Assembly: GCA_044892505.1 (NCBI GenBank)
Contig: CM097882.1
Coordinates: 239,754,001 to 239,818,000 of the forward strand
Length of the DNA stretch: 64,000 nucleotides
Source: Schmidtea nova
Taxonomy: Eukaryota
Direction of reading: 5' to 3'
The position numbers were made by a program, and so were the translations under genes. The stretch's first letter is position 1. Every line of letters begins with the position of its first letter. Below, piece by piece: positions 37,152 to 46,860 of the stretch. The notes below the pieces were generated by a model. The model searched no databases and had not been told where the DNA came from. It saw nothing but the letters and a program-made list of their open reading frames with translations.

Positions 37152-40100
37152 CTACACAATTGTTTCTTCATAGATCATCCAAGGTCTCGAAGGCTCGGAT
37201 TGAATCGTAGAAGGTCTGTATATTTTTATCGATTCGCAAAAGACAATAGCGCCAAATGTGATGAGAAAGATTGTTAGGATAATGATGGTTATAAATAATA
37301 TCACGCACGCGATTTCTTTGTCATTGTTTATTAATGATATAGTTTTATTATTTACAATTGATTTATTGGTGATGTCATTGAAAGGCGTTGTCATCTGATT
37401 TTGGTACAGTGCATTTGAATCGCTGTCATCTATTTTGTCGTAAAAGATTTGGACGAACTTGTCCTCGACTAAAGTTACTCGCCATAGATTAGAATACGAG
37501 GTGCGACGCTGATATTTGATTTTCATAAAGACAAATTTTGACCTTGACTTTGATCGTAGTTGTTGAAATGTTAATATTTGAGATTTATTGCTGCTGTCTA
37601 AGATTGCCTGAACTTTTCCACAATAGTATATAATAGCTTTTTGATTTGGGTCTGCTCTCCAAGTAACATTTATTAACTGATTGTAGATATAAAACTGAAC
37701 TCGGTTCGTTTCGTTGATCAATTTTATCGCTTGTTGACTAGACTGAATTTCAATCCATAGATTATCGCTGACGGTTACATTATCATATAAGGATTTTTCA
37801 TAATAACGGAACAAGATATTATATGTCTGAAATAATTTCAAATTAACATAGTTTATAAAGGGTTTTCTGCTGTTCAGCGTGTCTATAGCATAATTCTGGA
37901 AGACAGTTTTCACTTGTTGGGTTTCTTGTGGTTCCCAATGTACATTAATTCCATTAACAACGGGTTCAATAGAAACAAGATGCTCTAACCTTTTCGTCCA
38001 AACATCGAGATGTACCATATTATATATTTTTGTAGTATTCCCTTTAGAGCTTAATTGTGTTATTAGCCACTGATATTTATAATTCATCGTTAATTGCCGT
38101 GCCACGTGAGTGTTTTTATTATAATTCAATCTAACTGGGGGTTCAAAATAATCTAGTAAATTATTTACTTCAATTTCCTCTTCCCTTTCACCGTGAAAAA
38201 ACCATACGATCTGGGTACATGTTGCATATATGTGAATTTTATCCATCAATGGGATTCTTTTTGTTGCATACGAGGGAAAAACTCGTATTGCACTTATACA
38301 CAAGACATTTGCCATCATTATTGTTGAAATCAACAAGACTTTGTTGATATAGTTTAGTGGAGCTGAGTTTTTTGTAAATTTTTGTTTTACTGCTCCTTCT
38401 CCGTCTTTAATTAGTTTTGATCTCAATGGATATCGTGTTATTTCCTCCGACGGAACTTTCTTGCACCGGTTTACATGAACAATTATTGTTCCAGCTTTTT
38501 TATTATTCTGTGGGCGTAATTTCAAATTAGTTTCTGTAGTATCACATACGATATATGGTCCTTTAAACGGTCGCTGCAATTTTGGGGATAATCCCTTTGT
38601 TGGCTCTGGTTTATTCACATAGACTAAATCACCAATTTTAATATCATGTGCATGAGTGCGCTTGTCGTAGCACTCCTTATATGCTTCTTGCTGATGTTTT
38701 ATTTTAAGTCCGGCTTGAATCCAAACTGTCTGGAGTCTTTCTTGCATAATCACTTTATAATCTGATACATCCATATATCGGGAAATAGGCGACTGAAATT
38801 TCAGATCGATAGGCATATTGTTTCTTCGTAAGTACATGAGATAGAAAGGTGTTTCACCGGTACTTTCGTTCACTGCATTTCTGTATGCATACAAACATGG
38901 TTTAATGAATAAATCCCAATCTTTTTGTTTTCTATTTACGTATGACGATATCATATTAATTAGTGTTTCATTGAATCTTTCCACTAATCCATCTGTCTGT
39001 GGGTGATATGGTGATGTACTGATTTTCATTATTCCAAATAATTCTGTAATTGATTTGAACAATTCGCTTTGAAAATTTGTTCCTTGGTCAGTAAGCATTT
39101 TCTTTGGTGCCCCATATCGAAATATTATGTTTTCCACATACATCTTTGCAACTGTCTCAGCTTTCTGGTTTTGCATGCGGTAGGCTTCTGGCCATTTGGT
39201 TAAATAATCACAGAAGACAATAATGTATTTATTGCCGTTTGTCGTTTCTGGTAATGGACCGACAATATCCATTGCCGTCATTTCCATTGGTGCCACCGGT
39301 ACAGACATTGGTTTTAAAGGAACTCTAATTTTTCGTCCTGTGTTTCGTCTAGTTAAGCATATTTCGCAAGTATGACACCATTGTCTGACATCTTGTTCTA
39401 TAGTGTCCCAATAGTATTTTTGTTTTAATCTTGACAATGTTTTTCGAGCTGATAAATGCCCTCCTAATGCTCCGTCATGATACAACAATAATAATGATTT
39501 TCTATGTTTTGTTGGAACTATAATTAATAAATTTTCATTTCTTACGCATTTTAGCAAACCATCATGTATAATGTATTTATGTCTTTCCTCAACAATGTGC
39601 TTCCAGTCGCTTTCTTTTCTAATTGTAACAGCCTGTTGCCGTAGCTGATTCAATTCATCATCCTTTTCTTGATCACTTTGCAATTCCTTCATATTATTTG
39701 CCGTTTTCATTGCCATAAATATAGTGTTTTCATACTTTGTTTCATATTGAACAACGTCCTCCTCCTCTGAAATTCTCGACAGCGCGTCTGCATTTGCGTT
39801 CGACTTTCCTGTACGATATTTGATCTCAAAATCATATTCCTGCAACGCAATTGACCATCTTATCAGCTTACTTGCCGAGTCTCTGTGCTTCATTAGCCAT
39901 TGTAATGGGTTATGATCAGTGAAAACAACAAATTTCCTACCGATTAAGTATTGCCTGAACGTAGTTATCCCATATACTAATGCTAACGTTTCTTTTTCAA
40001 TCGTAGAATAATTCTTTTCATGCGGTCTTAACGTTCGACTGGCATAAGCGATAACGTGATCTTTCTCACCTTCTACTTGTTGACCTAGTATCGCCCCTAA

Positions 40101-43100
40101 TGCAAAATTACTAGCATCTGTCATCAATAAGAATGGCCTTTTAAAATCAGGGCATCTTAATATAGGTTGTTTCATTAAGCTTTCTTTGAGTGCATCGAAT
40201 GCTTCTTGTTGAGCCGTTGCCCATTTAAATTTTGCTTGCTTTTTTAACAGCACATTTAAAGGTTGTGCGACATGCGAAAAATTTCTTATAAATTTTCTGT
40301 AATAACTAGCTAGTCCTAGAAATTGTCGGACTTGGTCTATATCTTTGGGAATCGGATATTTCTTAATCTTTTGTACATTTTCCGGATTCGGCTGCAATCC
40401 TCGCCGGGAAATAATATGACCTACGTAAACAACTTCAGATTTTCCCCATTCACATTTTGACGGTTTTATCTTTAGGTTTGCCTTTAACAATCGTTTAAAT
40501 ACTGTTTCCACATCCCTCAGATGTTCCTGAAAATTGTTTGAAAATATTATCATATCATCAATATACACTAGTGCATGTGGGATGTCCCGTAATACGAAAT
40601 TCATACCTCTTTGAAAGGTAGCCGGTGCTCCCGTTAAACCAAACGGTAAGACATTAAACTCGTACAGACCTTTACCGTCTGAAAACGCAGTTTTTCTTCT
40701 GTCCTCTTCTTTGACCTTAAACTGATTATACCCTTTGTTAAGATCAATAACAGTAAAGAATTGCACCTCCCCCATTTGATCGAACATTTCTTGGGGAACT
40801 GGAATAGGGTATGTATCTTTTCTTGTGACTTGGTTTAACTTTCGATAATCTACACAGAATCGTAGATCACCATCTTTCTTTTTCACTACCACGATTGAAG
40901 CTGAAAATGGTGATGAGCTATCTCTTATTATTTTGAATTCTTTCATTGCTTTGATTTGCCTATCACTTTCTTCTTGATGAATGTATGGAATCCTATATGG
41001 CCTCAATTTTATAGGGGTTTCGTCCAACAATGGTATCTCATGTTCAATCACTTGAGTGAGTCCCAAATCATATTCATGTTTCGCGAACACATTCCTATAT
41101 CTCTTTAGTAGTGCCGTAAATTCTTGTTTTTGCTCATCTGTCAAATCATTACTTGTAATTTGAGGTCCTTTGTAAATCTTTATATTTCTGGGCAACCTTT
41201 GTACTTCTTCTTGTTTTATTTTTGTCAGTTTCCCCAGCTTTGTTTTGGGTTTCATCTGAATAGATTTTGTGCTACAATTTGCTAATCTTACTGGTACGGT
41301 TTTGTCTTTAACTTTTACTACTTCATCGCACATTGGTACGTCGTACTTCTCTATCAATTTTTGATTTGGTTCAAATATACATTCTTCTTCGGAGACATTC
41401 ATTACATTGGCATAGTATATAACTTCGCTTTTTGGTGGTATTTCCAAAGTTTGATTTAAAAAAACTTGTCCCGCTTCGTGCACAACTTCACCAGATAGTC
41501 CTTTCATCAATTTTCCCATTCTTAAATCAAGAGAAATTCCTTGTAATTGTTCCATAACGTCCATTCCAATCAAGCATTTGACAGGGCTTTTTCTCATTAC
41601 AGATACCCAATGAGTTACTTCTTGATTTCCAATATTCAGCTTAACTTCCAATTTTCCAACGATATTCAATACATTATGCGTCATTGATTTAATAATTTTC
41701 GTAGTTGGCTTCATTCTTGCCTTCTCCTGACTCGTCAAGAGATTCTCAGATACTATGCTGTGACTTGAGCCTGAATCCAATAACGCTTCAACTTTTCGTC
41801 TATTAAATTGTATGTCAATTCGAGGTTGTTTTCCTCCCAATTCTATGGTCATCAATGCATAACTACAAGGTAAACCAAGCATATTCTTTCTTTCAATTTC
41901 GGCGCTTGATGGTTCAATCTTTTCTAATTCGACTTTAATCTTATCAACTGGTTTCATTTCTCTCAACTTCTCACTTGGATATACAGGAGCTGTTGGCATA
42001 AATGTCGGTGTGTACCATTTAGAGAGAGTGTCAATTCCAGTTAGTTTTGGTATTGGTTCCATCAAGAATCTGGATTCGGGGTCTATTCTACTTTTTATTA
42101 TACCCCGTCGAAACGATTTTGGCTCTGATCTGCCGCCATTGCTATCATTGTTGTGACCCTTATTTTTATCTTCAAATTCGCATAGTGATTCTTCACTTTT
42201 CAGATCATTTTTCAATTGTGCTCTAACACTTGCCATTTCCTCATATTGATGATTTGTAATGAAGAATCTAGCCAAAAACGGAATACAACCAATAATCATT
42301 TTCCATGACCATCCGGAAATTGCATATATTCGATGAGCGGACAATATTTGTGATATTATTACTTTTATTGTTACTGCAACTACATAAATGCCAATTAAGC
42401 CTGCACAAGCTTGTCCTAAAAACATAAATCTTCCCCAAATTTTTTCCATTGTTTTAAATGTAGCTCGTTTAAAATGATCAGGTGTCAGCAAATATTCGTA
42501 ATTAACTTTTCCTTCTCCATTTGGCAGTATTGTATCAATCATCTCAGAAATCACTCGTTCCTTTTTTGATGGGAATAATAAATTTCTTTGGGCTTCTTCT
42601 ATATCTTCGCTTGCGTATAGACCCATTTGTGCCATCTTATTCATTGATGTGAAATTTACCAAGTACTCTAAATTTATTAATTCCAATTTATCTGGAGTTC
42701 TAACTCCCCGGTAGTCTGGTAACGCTATCCATGAATCTTGTGCTAAACGATATAGTGGAGCTAATAATCGATTACATTGTAGAATTTTCGGTTTGACTTG
42801 TTCTTCCAACAATATTCGAGTTATCGGTTCCATGAATCGTAATTTCCCGCCAACATTTACCGGTAATTCATTTGTACATTTCTCATATTTCGCGATTTTC
42901 ACTATACTTTCTTTGCACCTGTAACTGTATAATGCTTCTCCAAAGATCCTAGCGAATACACCATTTTCTGATATTAGCATGGGTGCTACTAAATTTGGAT
43001 TAGTAATTGCCATTGCCATTCGATTTCTAAGTATTTCCTTGTTCAACTTACAGTCGTTTAGAATCATTTCTCTATATACGTTTTCCATGATGTTTTGACT

Positions 43101-46100
43101 AAAATGAAACAAATAGTCAATTTTATTATTGAAGTAATGAGTTAATTTGATATCATCCCGGTGAATTCTTGTTTTAGCCTCATATACGATTGTTTTAGAT
43201 ACATAAACTCCTTTGTAATTTGTTGCATATACAGTTTGACCACATTTACTCGTTATGTCCTTTTTTATGAAACGCATGCCGTCTGTTGGCAATGTTGACA
43301 TTAACACTGTTGCCGTTTGTCTCGTCCAAACTGGGGTTGATCTAACTGTATTGTTCGGTTTATAATTCACATTAAAATTGTCCGGTCTTTCCCTAAATTG
43401 CTCTCCGCTCAATTCTTTGAAATTAATAGTTTTTAAATGGGATAAGTTGCATATATTAGTCTTGACATCATAGACAAGAATCGATTCCCCAGTGTGACAA
43501 CTAGTTTGTTTCATATTACAGAATGGATGAGTTTGTAACTTTCCTGTATCGTCATCAAACGACCCTTCGAATACTCTCAATTCTGTTAGATATTCCTCTA
43601 TTACTACTGCTTGTTTTATCACTTGATCATTTATTTTATACGGTTCTCCCTCACAATCGCCGTCTGATTTCATTACTCCTTTCACAATTAATGTTTCTCT
43701 GATTTGATGGTTTACTCGAGCTTTCAATCGAATTTCAGGACTAATTTTTAATTCCCCTGTTTGAAATGCCGTTAAACAGTTTTCTGGTAACACGTCCGCC
43801 GGTCGTGGAATAGCATGCATTTTTATCATCGAAGTATGGCTCCATTTGCCACAAAAGAATACGAACGTGGTTCGTTTAACGATACATTCCCTAACTTGAG
43901 AACGCCGTAAATCGGATTCTTGGTAAACATGATACTTTGCTTCATTTTCAATTTTTAATTTTCTTGGGTATGCATCTGGGCATTCTGTCATATCGACCAC
44001 AGAATAAATTTTCCCCATTTCTGTTTGTGAGCAATCGTATGCCACCAATGAAGTAGCTTGTGCAATTATTGTGCATAAAATAACCATCATGAACAGCACC
44101 CAAGGGAATATCGTAGTTTTTCTTAGTTTTGGGTCTACTTTTTCGTTCAACTTTCTTTGAGGTGGATTCTCATCTTCTTGTTTCTTTCTTTTCTTTGTTA
44201 TAGATGAATTTAATGCTTTCCACCCTCCAAGCTCTTTTATCCCTTTCATCAAACATTCATTTAATAGTCGAGCCGCAGTGTCAATCAAATTCTCAATCTG
44301 ATCTGGCCTAGTAAATGCACGAATACCAATTTCGGAAACCACATGTGTTAAACTTGTTAACACTGTTTTTCTATCGATTCCATTTTCGATCAATTTTTCA
44401 ATCCTTTCTCTTTTACAGAAATCACCCTTTTTTTCAAATTCATGCTCAATTTTTGGAAGTCTCTCTTTCACTTCCTCAACCATCCCTTTCAATTCCTCCT
44501 CAGCTTCTGGTTTTATTTTTAGAATTGGGTAAACAGTTTTAACTAGGTTTCTTATTATTCCTTTAGTTTCATCAACTTCCCGCTCTATATTTAATAAATA
44601 TTTCTTCATCTCATATAAAGTTCTAGGTTTAGTACTCCAATTATTCATTTCCACTTTCTCGACATTTGTCTCTCTGCTAATTGTAGTTTCTGCTACCTGA
44701 ATATTGACTTCTTTCTGATCATCACCTTCATCGTTAGCTATTGCGGTTTCATTTTCTCCTATTTCATCTCTCTTTTCTTCTGTGTGGGAGGATTCCCCGT
44801 TGCCAAGCATTCTCGGGTTAAATTCTTTATTTGCTATTATACGGTTAATTAAATATCCCTGACTTCCATCAGTACTTAAATATCCATATTCATCTAATTC
44901 TTGTGGCATGCATCCACAGTCGTATAAATATTCATCGTCATCCAGTGCTTCACCTTTATGTTTCAATACTATAATTCCATCTTGTCCTAACATCTCCGTA
45001 GCTCTTCTACGTATTTTCCGCACTTTCGTACACCAATGCTCTTCTACATACTCAGTTTTTCCAATATCTTCGTATTCTATTGCAATTACTAATAAATTCA
45101 ATTCTGCTCTATCTTCTCTAAGCTCTTTGCCCAATTTTCTCAGTAATCTCTTTAAATTTCTACTATATCTGGTTCTTTTAAACAGATGCGGTCGTATTAC
45201 GTTGATAATTTCTATTTTATCCTTTTGCTCAAATTCAGATTTCTCAATTAATTTCACTATTTCATTTATTTCGCTTTCATCGCCAATATATAAAACATCA
45301 GATAGCTCCATTAACACTTCCCTCGGATCACTTTTCACCATTTCACAACTACTCCTCATATTGACTATTTGTAACTCATTTTTATCTCCTGGTATAAACC
45401 CACAGTCTACCAAATATTCCTCGTTATCTAATTCTCTATTTTTAAATTTTAATTCTACTACCCATCCTTCGCATTTTTCTCTTAGTCTCCTTTTTAAATC
45501 TTTAACACAATCATAGGCTTCACATCGACAAGTAATCAGACTTTTATCACATTCATTAACAACATCAATAAAAATAAAATCTAACCATCCATTTTCTCGG
45601 AATGCTTTTCCAAATGTTTTCATCAACTCTTTGATTTCATCTCTATCTGCTAAATTTATTTGATAATAGTTTGCACACAAATTAATCACGCATTTTAGTT
45701 TTCTCATACTCAGTGACATTTGACTCAACTTTTTAATTGACATTAATATTTTGGATGACTCTTTTGCGCTAGCTTCTAGCAATTTCTCAAGTCTCTTCAT
45801 CATTATTGTAACTTTTTCGCTTTCCAAATCGTCCTTTGTACATACTCCTTTCGCTTCCGTTTCAGTCATATCCGACCCATACATCATGTGATTATCTAAT
45901 TCCTCATCAGATTCAAACTTAGACATTAAACGATCCAAGCGTCGACCCATTTCTTTCACTTGACTTTCAATTCTATCATTAAATTCGTCTGATTGAACAA
46001 AAGCAACATTTTCTGCTGGCATTCTATCATTTTGAAAACGAATTGATTTTTTTAATATTGGTTTCTGAAATTTATCGACATTTCTCGGGCATGATCTAGC

Positions 46101-46496
46101 CATATGTCCATAGCCTCGACATGAATGACATTGAATTTGGCCTTGAAGGTTCACTCTATCTCGTTGTGGTGATGGCGAAGTGGATGGAGATCTCGATCTA
46201 GCAAAACAATTACGTGAAACATGTCCTTTCCTTCCACAATTGTAGCATTGTATATTATCATTAGTTCGTTGATCTTTAATGCTAAATTTATTTAAGCTTT
46301 TTTCATTATTACCCTTCATCCAATCTGGCCACATTCGTTTTGGGCTTCGTTGTACATTATTTTTAGACCAGCATTGATTGCTATTGTGACCAATCTTTTG
46401 ACAGTGATCACATTGAATTGGAGTTGGGCTTTTTGCGATCGGTTCTTGAACCAACATTGATCGGCATGATGTCCCATCCGTTGACAATAACTGCAT
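37152..46496 (-). CDS. 3114-aa polyprotein: gag C-terminus - accessory domains - class III glycoprotein - PR - RT - RNase H - IN - second membrane protein
   Basis: CCHC knuckles; LVAYDC (44031-44048); LLDSGS (41769-41777); LRFCVDYRKLN; YIDD (40554-40565); TDAS (~40115); H..H/C..C, MDIVGP, LTDQG, GLVER; FKGPY. The true start is upstream, in the gag frame. Confidence 0.97.
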   Translation of the reverse strand: MQLLSTDGTSCRSMLVQEPIAKSPTPIQCDHCQKIGHNSNQCWSKNNVQRSPKRMWPDWMKGNNEKSLNKFSIKDQRTNDNIQCYNCGRKGHVSRNCFARSRSPSTSPSPQRDRVNLQGQIQCHSCRGYGHMARSCPRNVDKFQKPILKKSIRFQNDRMPAENVAFVQSDEFNDRIESQVKEMGRRLDRLMSKFESDEELDNHMMYGSDMTETEAKGVCTKDDLESEKVTIMMKRLEKLLEASAKESSKILMSIKKLSQMSLSMRKLKCVINLCANYYQINLADRDEIKELMKTFGKAFRENGWLDFIFIDVVNECDKSLITCRCEAYDCVKDLKRRLREKCEGWVVELKFKNRELDNEEYLVDCGFIPGDKNELQIVNMRSSCEMVKSDPREVLMELSDVLYIGDESEINEIVKLIEKSEFEQKDKIEIINVIRPHLFKRTRYSRNLKRLLRKLGKELREDRAELNLLVIAIEYEDIGKTEYVEEHWCTKVRKIRRRATEMLGQDGIIVLKHKGEALDDDEYLYDCGCMPQELDEYGYLSTDGSQGYLINRIIANKEFNPRMLGNGESSHTEEKRDEIGENETAIANDEGDDQKEVNIQVAETTISRETNVEKVEMNNWSTKPRTLYEMKKYLLNIEREVDETKGIIRNLVKTVYPILKIKPEAEEELKGMVEEVKERLPKIEHEFEKKGDFCKRERIEKLIENGIDRKTVLTSLTHVVSEIGIRAFTRPDQIENLIDTAARLLNECLMKGIKELGGWKALNSSITKKRKKQEDENPPQRKLNEKVDPKLRKTTIFPWVLFMMVILCTIIAQATSLVAYDCSQTEMGKIYSVVDMTECPDAYPRKLKIENEAKYHVYQESDLRRSQVRECIVKRTTFVFFCGKWSHTSMIKMHAIPRPADVLPENCLTAFQTGELKISPEIRLKARVNHQIRETLIVKGVMKSDGDCEGEPYKINDQVIKQAVVIEEYLTELRVFEGSFDDDTGKLQTHPFCNMKQTSCHTGESILVYDVKTNICNLSHLKTINFKELSGEQFRERPDNFNVNYKPNNTVRSTPVWTRQTATVLMSTLPTDGMRFIKKDITSKCGQTVYATNYKGVYVSKTIVYEAKTRIHRDDIKLTHYFNNKIDYLFHFSQNIMENVYREMILNDCKLNKEILRNRMAMAITNPNLVAPMLISENGVFARIFGEALYSYRCKESIVKIAKYEKCTNELPVNVGGKLRFMEPITRILLEEQVKPKILQCNRLLAPLYRLAQDSWIALPDYRGVRTPDKLELINLEYLVNFTSMNKMAQMGLYASEDIEEAQRNLLFPSKKERVISEMIDTILPNGEGKVNYEYLLTPDHFKRATFKTMEKIWGRFMFLGQACAGLIGIYVVAVTIKVIISQILSAHRIYAISGWSWKMIIGCIPFLARFFITNHQYEEMASVRAQLKNDLKSEESLCEFEDKNKGHNNDSNGGRSEPKSFRRGIIKSRIDPESRFLMEPIPKLTGIDTLSKWYTPTFMPTAPVYPSEKLREMKPVDKIKVELEKIEPSSAEIERKNMLGLPCSYALMTIELGGKQPRIDIQFNRRKVEALLDSGSSHSIVSENLLTSQEKARMKPTTKIIKSMTHNVLNIVGKLEVKLNIGNQEVTHWVSVMRKSPVKCLIGMDVMEQLQGISLDLRMGKLMKGLSGEVVHEAGQVFLNQTLEIPPKSEVIYYANVMNVSEEECIFEPNQKLIEKYDVPMCDEVVKVKDKTVPVRLANCSTKSIQMKPKTKLGKLTKIKQEEVQRLPRNIKIYKGPQITSNDLTDEQKQEFTALLKRYRNVFAKHEYDLGLTQVIEHEIPLLDETPIKLRPYRIPYIHQEESDRQIKAMKEFKIIRDSSSPFSASIVVVKKKDGDLRFCVDYRKLNQVTRKDTYPIPVPQEMFDQMGEVQFFTVIDLNKGYNQFKVKEEDRRKTAFSDGKGLYEFNVLPFGLTGAPATFQRGMNFVLRDIPHALVYIDDMIIFSNNFQEHLRDVETVFKRLLKANLKIKPSKCEWGKSEVVYVGHIISRRGLQPNPENVQKIKKYPIPKDIDQVRQFLGLASYYRKFIRNFSHVAQPLNVLLKKQAKFKWATAQQEAFDALKESLMKQPILRCPDFKRPFLLMTDASNFALGAILGQQVEGEKDHVIAYASRTLRPHEKNYSTIEKETLALVYGITTFRQYLIGRKFVVFTDHNPLQWLMKHRDSASKLIRWSIALQEYDFEIKYRTGKSNANADALSRISEEEDVVQYETKYENTIFMAMKTANNMKELQSDQEKDDELNQLRQQAVTIRKESDWKHIVEERHKYIIHDGLLKCVRNENLLIIVPTKHRKSLLLLYHDGALGGHLSARKTLSRLKQKYYWDTIEQDVRQWCHTCEICLTRRNTGRKIRVPLKPMSVPVAPMEMTAMDIVGPLPETTNGNKYIIVFCDYLTKWPEAYRMQNQKAETVAKMYVENIIFRYGAPKKMLTDQGTNFQSELFKSITELFGIMKISTSPYHPQTDGLVERFNETLINMISSYVNRKQKDWDLFIKPCLYAYRNAVNESTGETPFYLMYLRRNNMPIDLKFQSPISRYMDVSDYKVIMQERLQTVWIQAGLKIKHQQEAYKECYDKRTHAHDIKIGDLVYVNKPEPTKGLSPKLQRPFKGPYIVCDTTETNLKLRPQNNKKAGTIIVHVNRCKKVPSEEITRYPLRSKLIKDGEGAVKQKFTKNSAPLNYINKVLLISTIMMANVLCISAIRVFPSYATKRIPLMDKIHIYATCTQIVWFFHGEREEEIEVNNLLDYFEPPVRLNYNKNTHVARQLTMNYKYQWLITQLSSKGNTTKIYNMVHLDVWTKRLEHLVSIEPVVNGINVHWEPQETQQVKTVFQNYAIDTLNSRKPFINYVNLKLFQTYNILFRYYEKSLYDNVTVSDNLWIEIQSSQQAIKLINETNRVQFYIYNQLINVTWRADPNQKAIIYYCGKVQAILDSSNKSQILTFQQLRSKSRSKFVFMKIKYQRRTSYSNLWRVTLVEDKFVQIFYDKIDDSDSNALYQNQMTTPFNDITNKSIVNNKTISLINNDKEIACVILFITIIILTIFLITFGAIVFCESIKIYRPSTIQSEPSRPWMIYEETIV

Positions 46497-46860
46497 TGAA
46501 TTGGTTGTTCTTTTTCGTCGATTTGAACACGTGTTGATTTATTCATCTCAAAATTTGGTCTAAATTTTGGTGATGGACTACTTGATTGCTGGAGCCGATT
46601 GTTTCTGGCTGGAGAATTGGATCTTTCTCTTGATTCATTGATAATGGCGAAGGATTCTGATTTCGGCTTTGCACTTTTTAAATTTAATTCAATTTTCATA
46701 GCCTTTTTGATTAACTCATCGAAGTTATTGAAATCTACATAACATAAGGCTTTTTTGATTTCCCCTTTTACTCCCGCTAAGAACTGATCTTGTAATAGTT
46801 CCTTTACCTGCTTTGCCACTTCAATCTGTTCCGGTTTTACTTCGAAGGCCTTTGTTACTA
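46430..46860 (-). CDS. Upstream gag segment (capsid end + first Zn knuckle), offset by one base from the polyprotein at an A5 run
   Basis: LQDQFLAGVKGEIKKAL...FDELIKKAMKIE and CSYCQRMGHHADQC. Restoring one A at 46430-46434 fuses it to SPTPIQCDHC. Confidence 0.88.

Noticed and set aside
44315-45516. Plus-strand ORFs antisense to the polyprotein
   Set aside because: Their S/L/F/I-rich composition is what the antisense of an E/K-rich AT-biased coding strand would give. There is no independent motif.
46428-46436. Programmed -1 frameshift within gag
   Set aside because: No X XXY YYZ slippery heptamer in frame, and the shift falls between two Zn knuckles. A 1-nt loss in an A run (mutation or sequencing error) is simpler.
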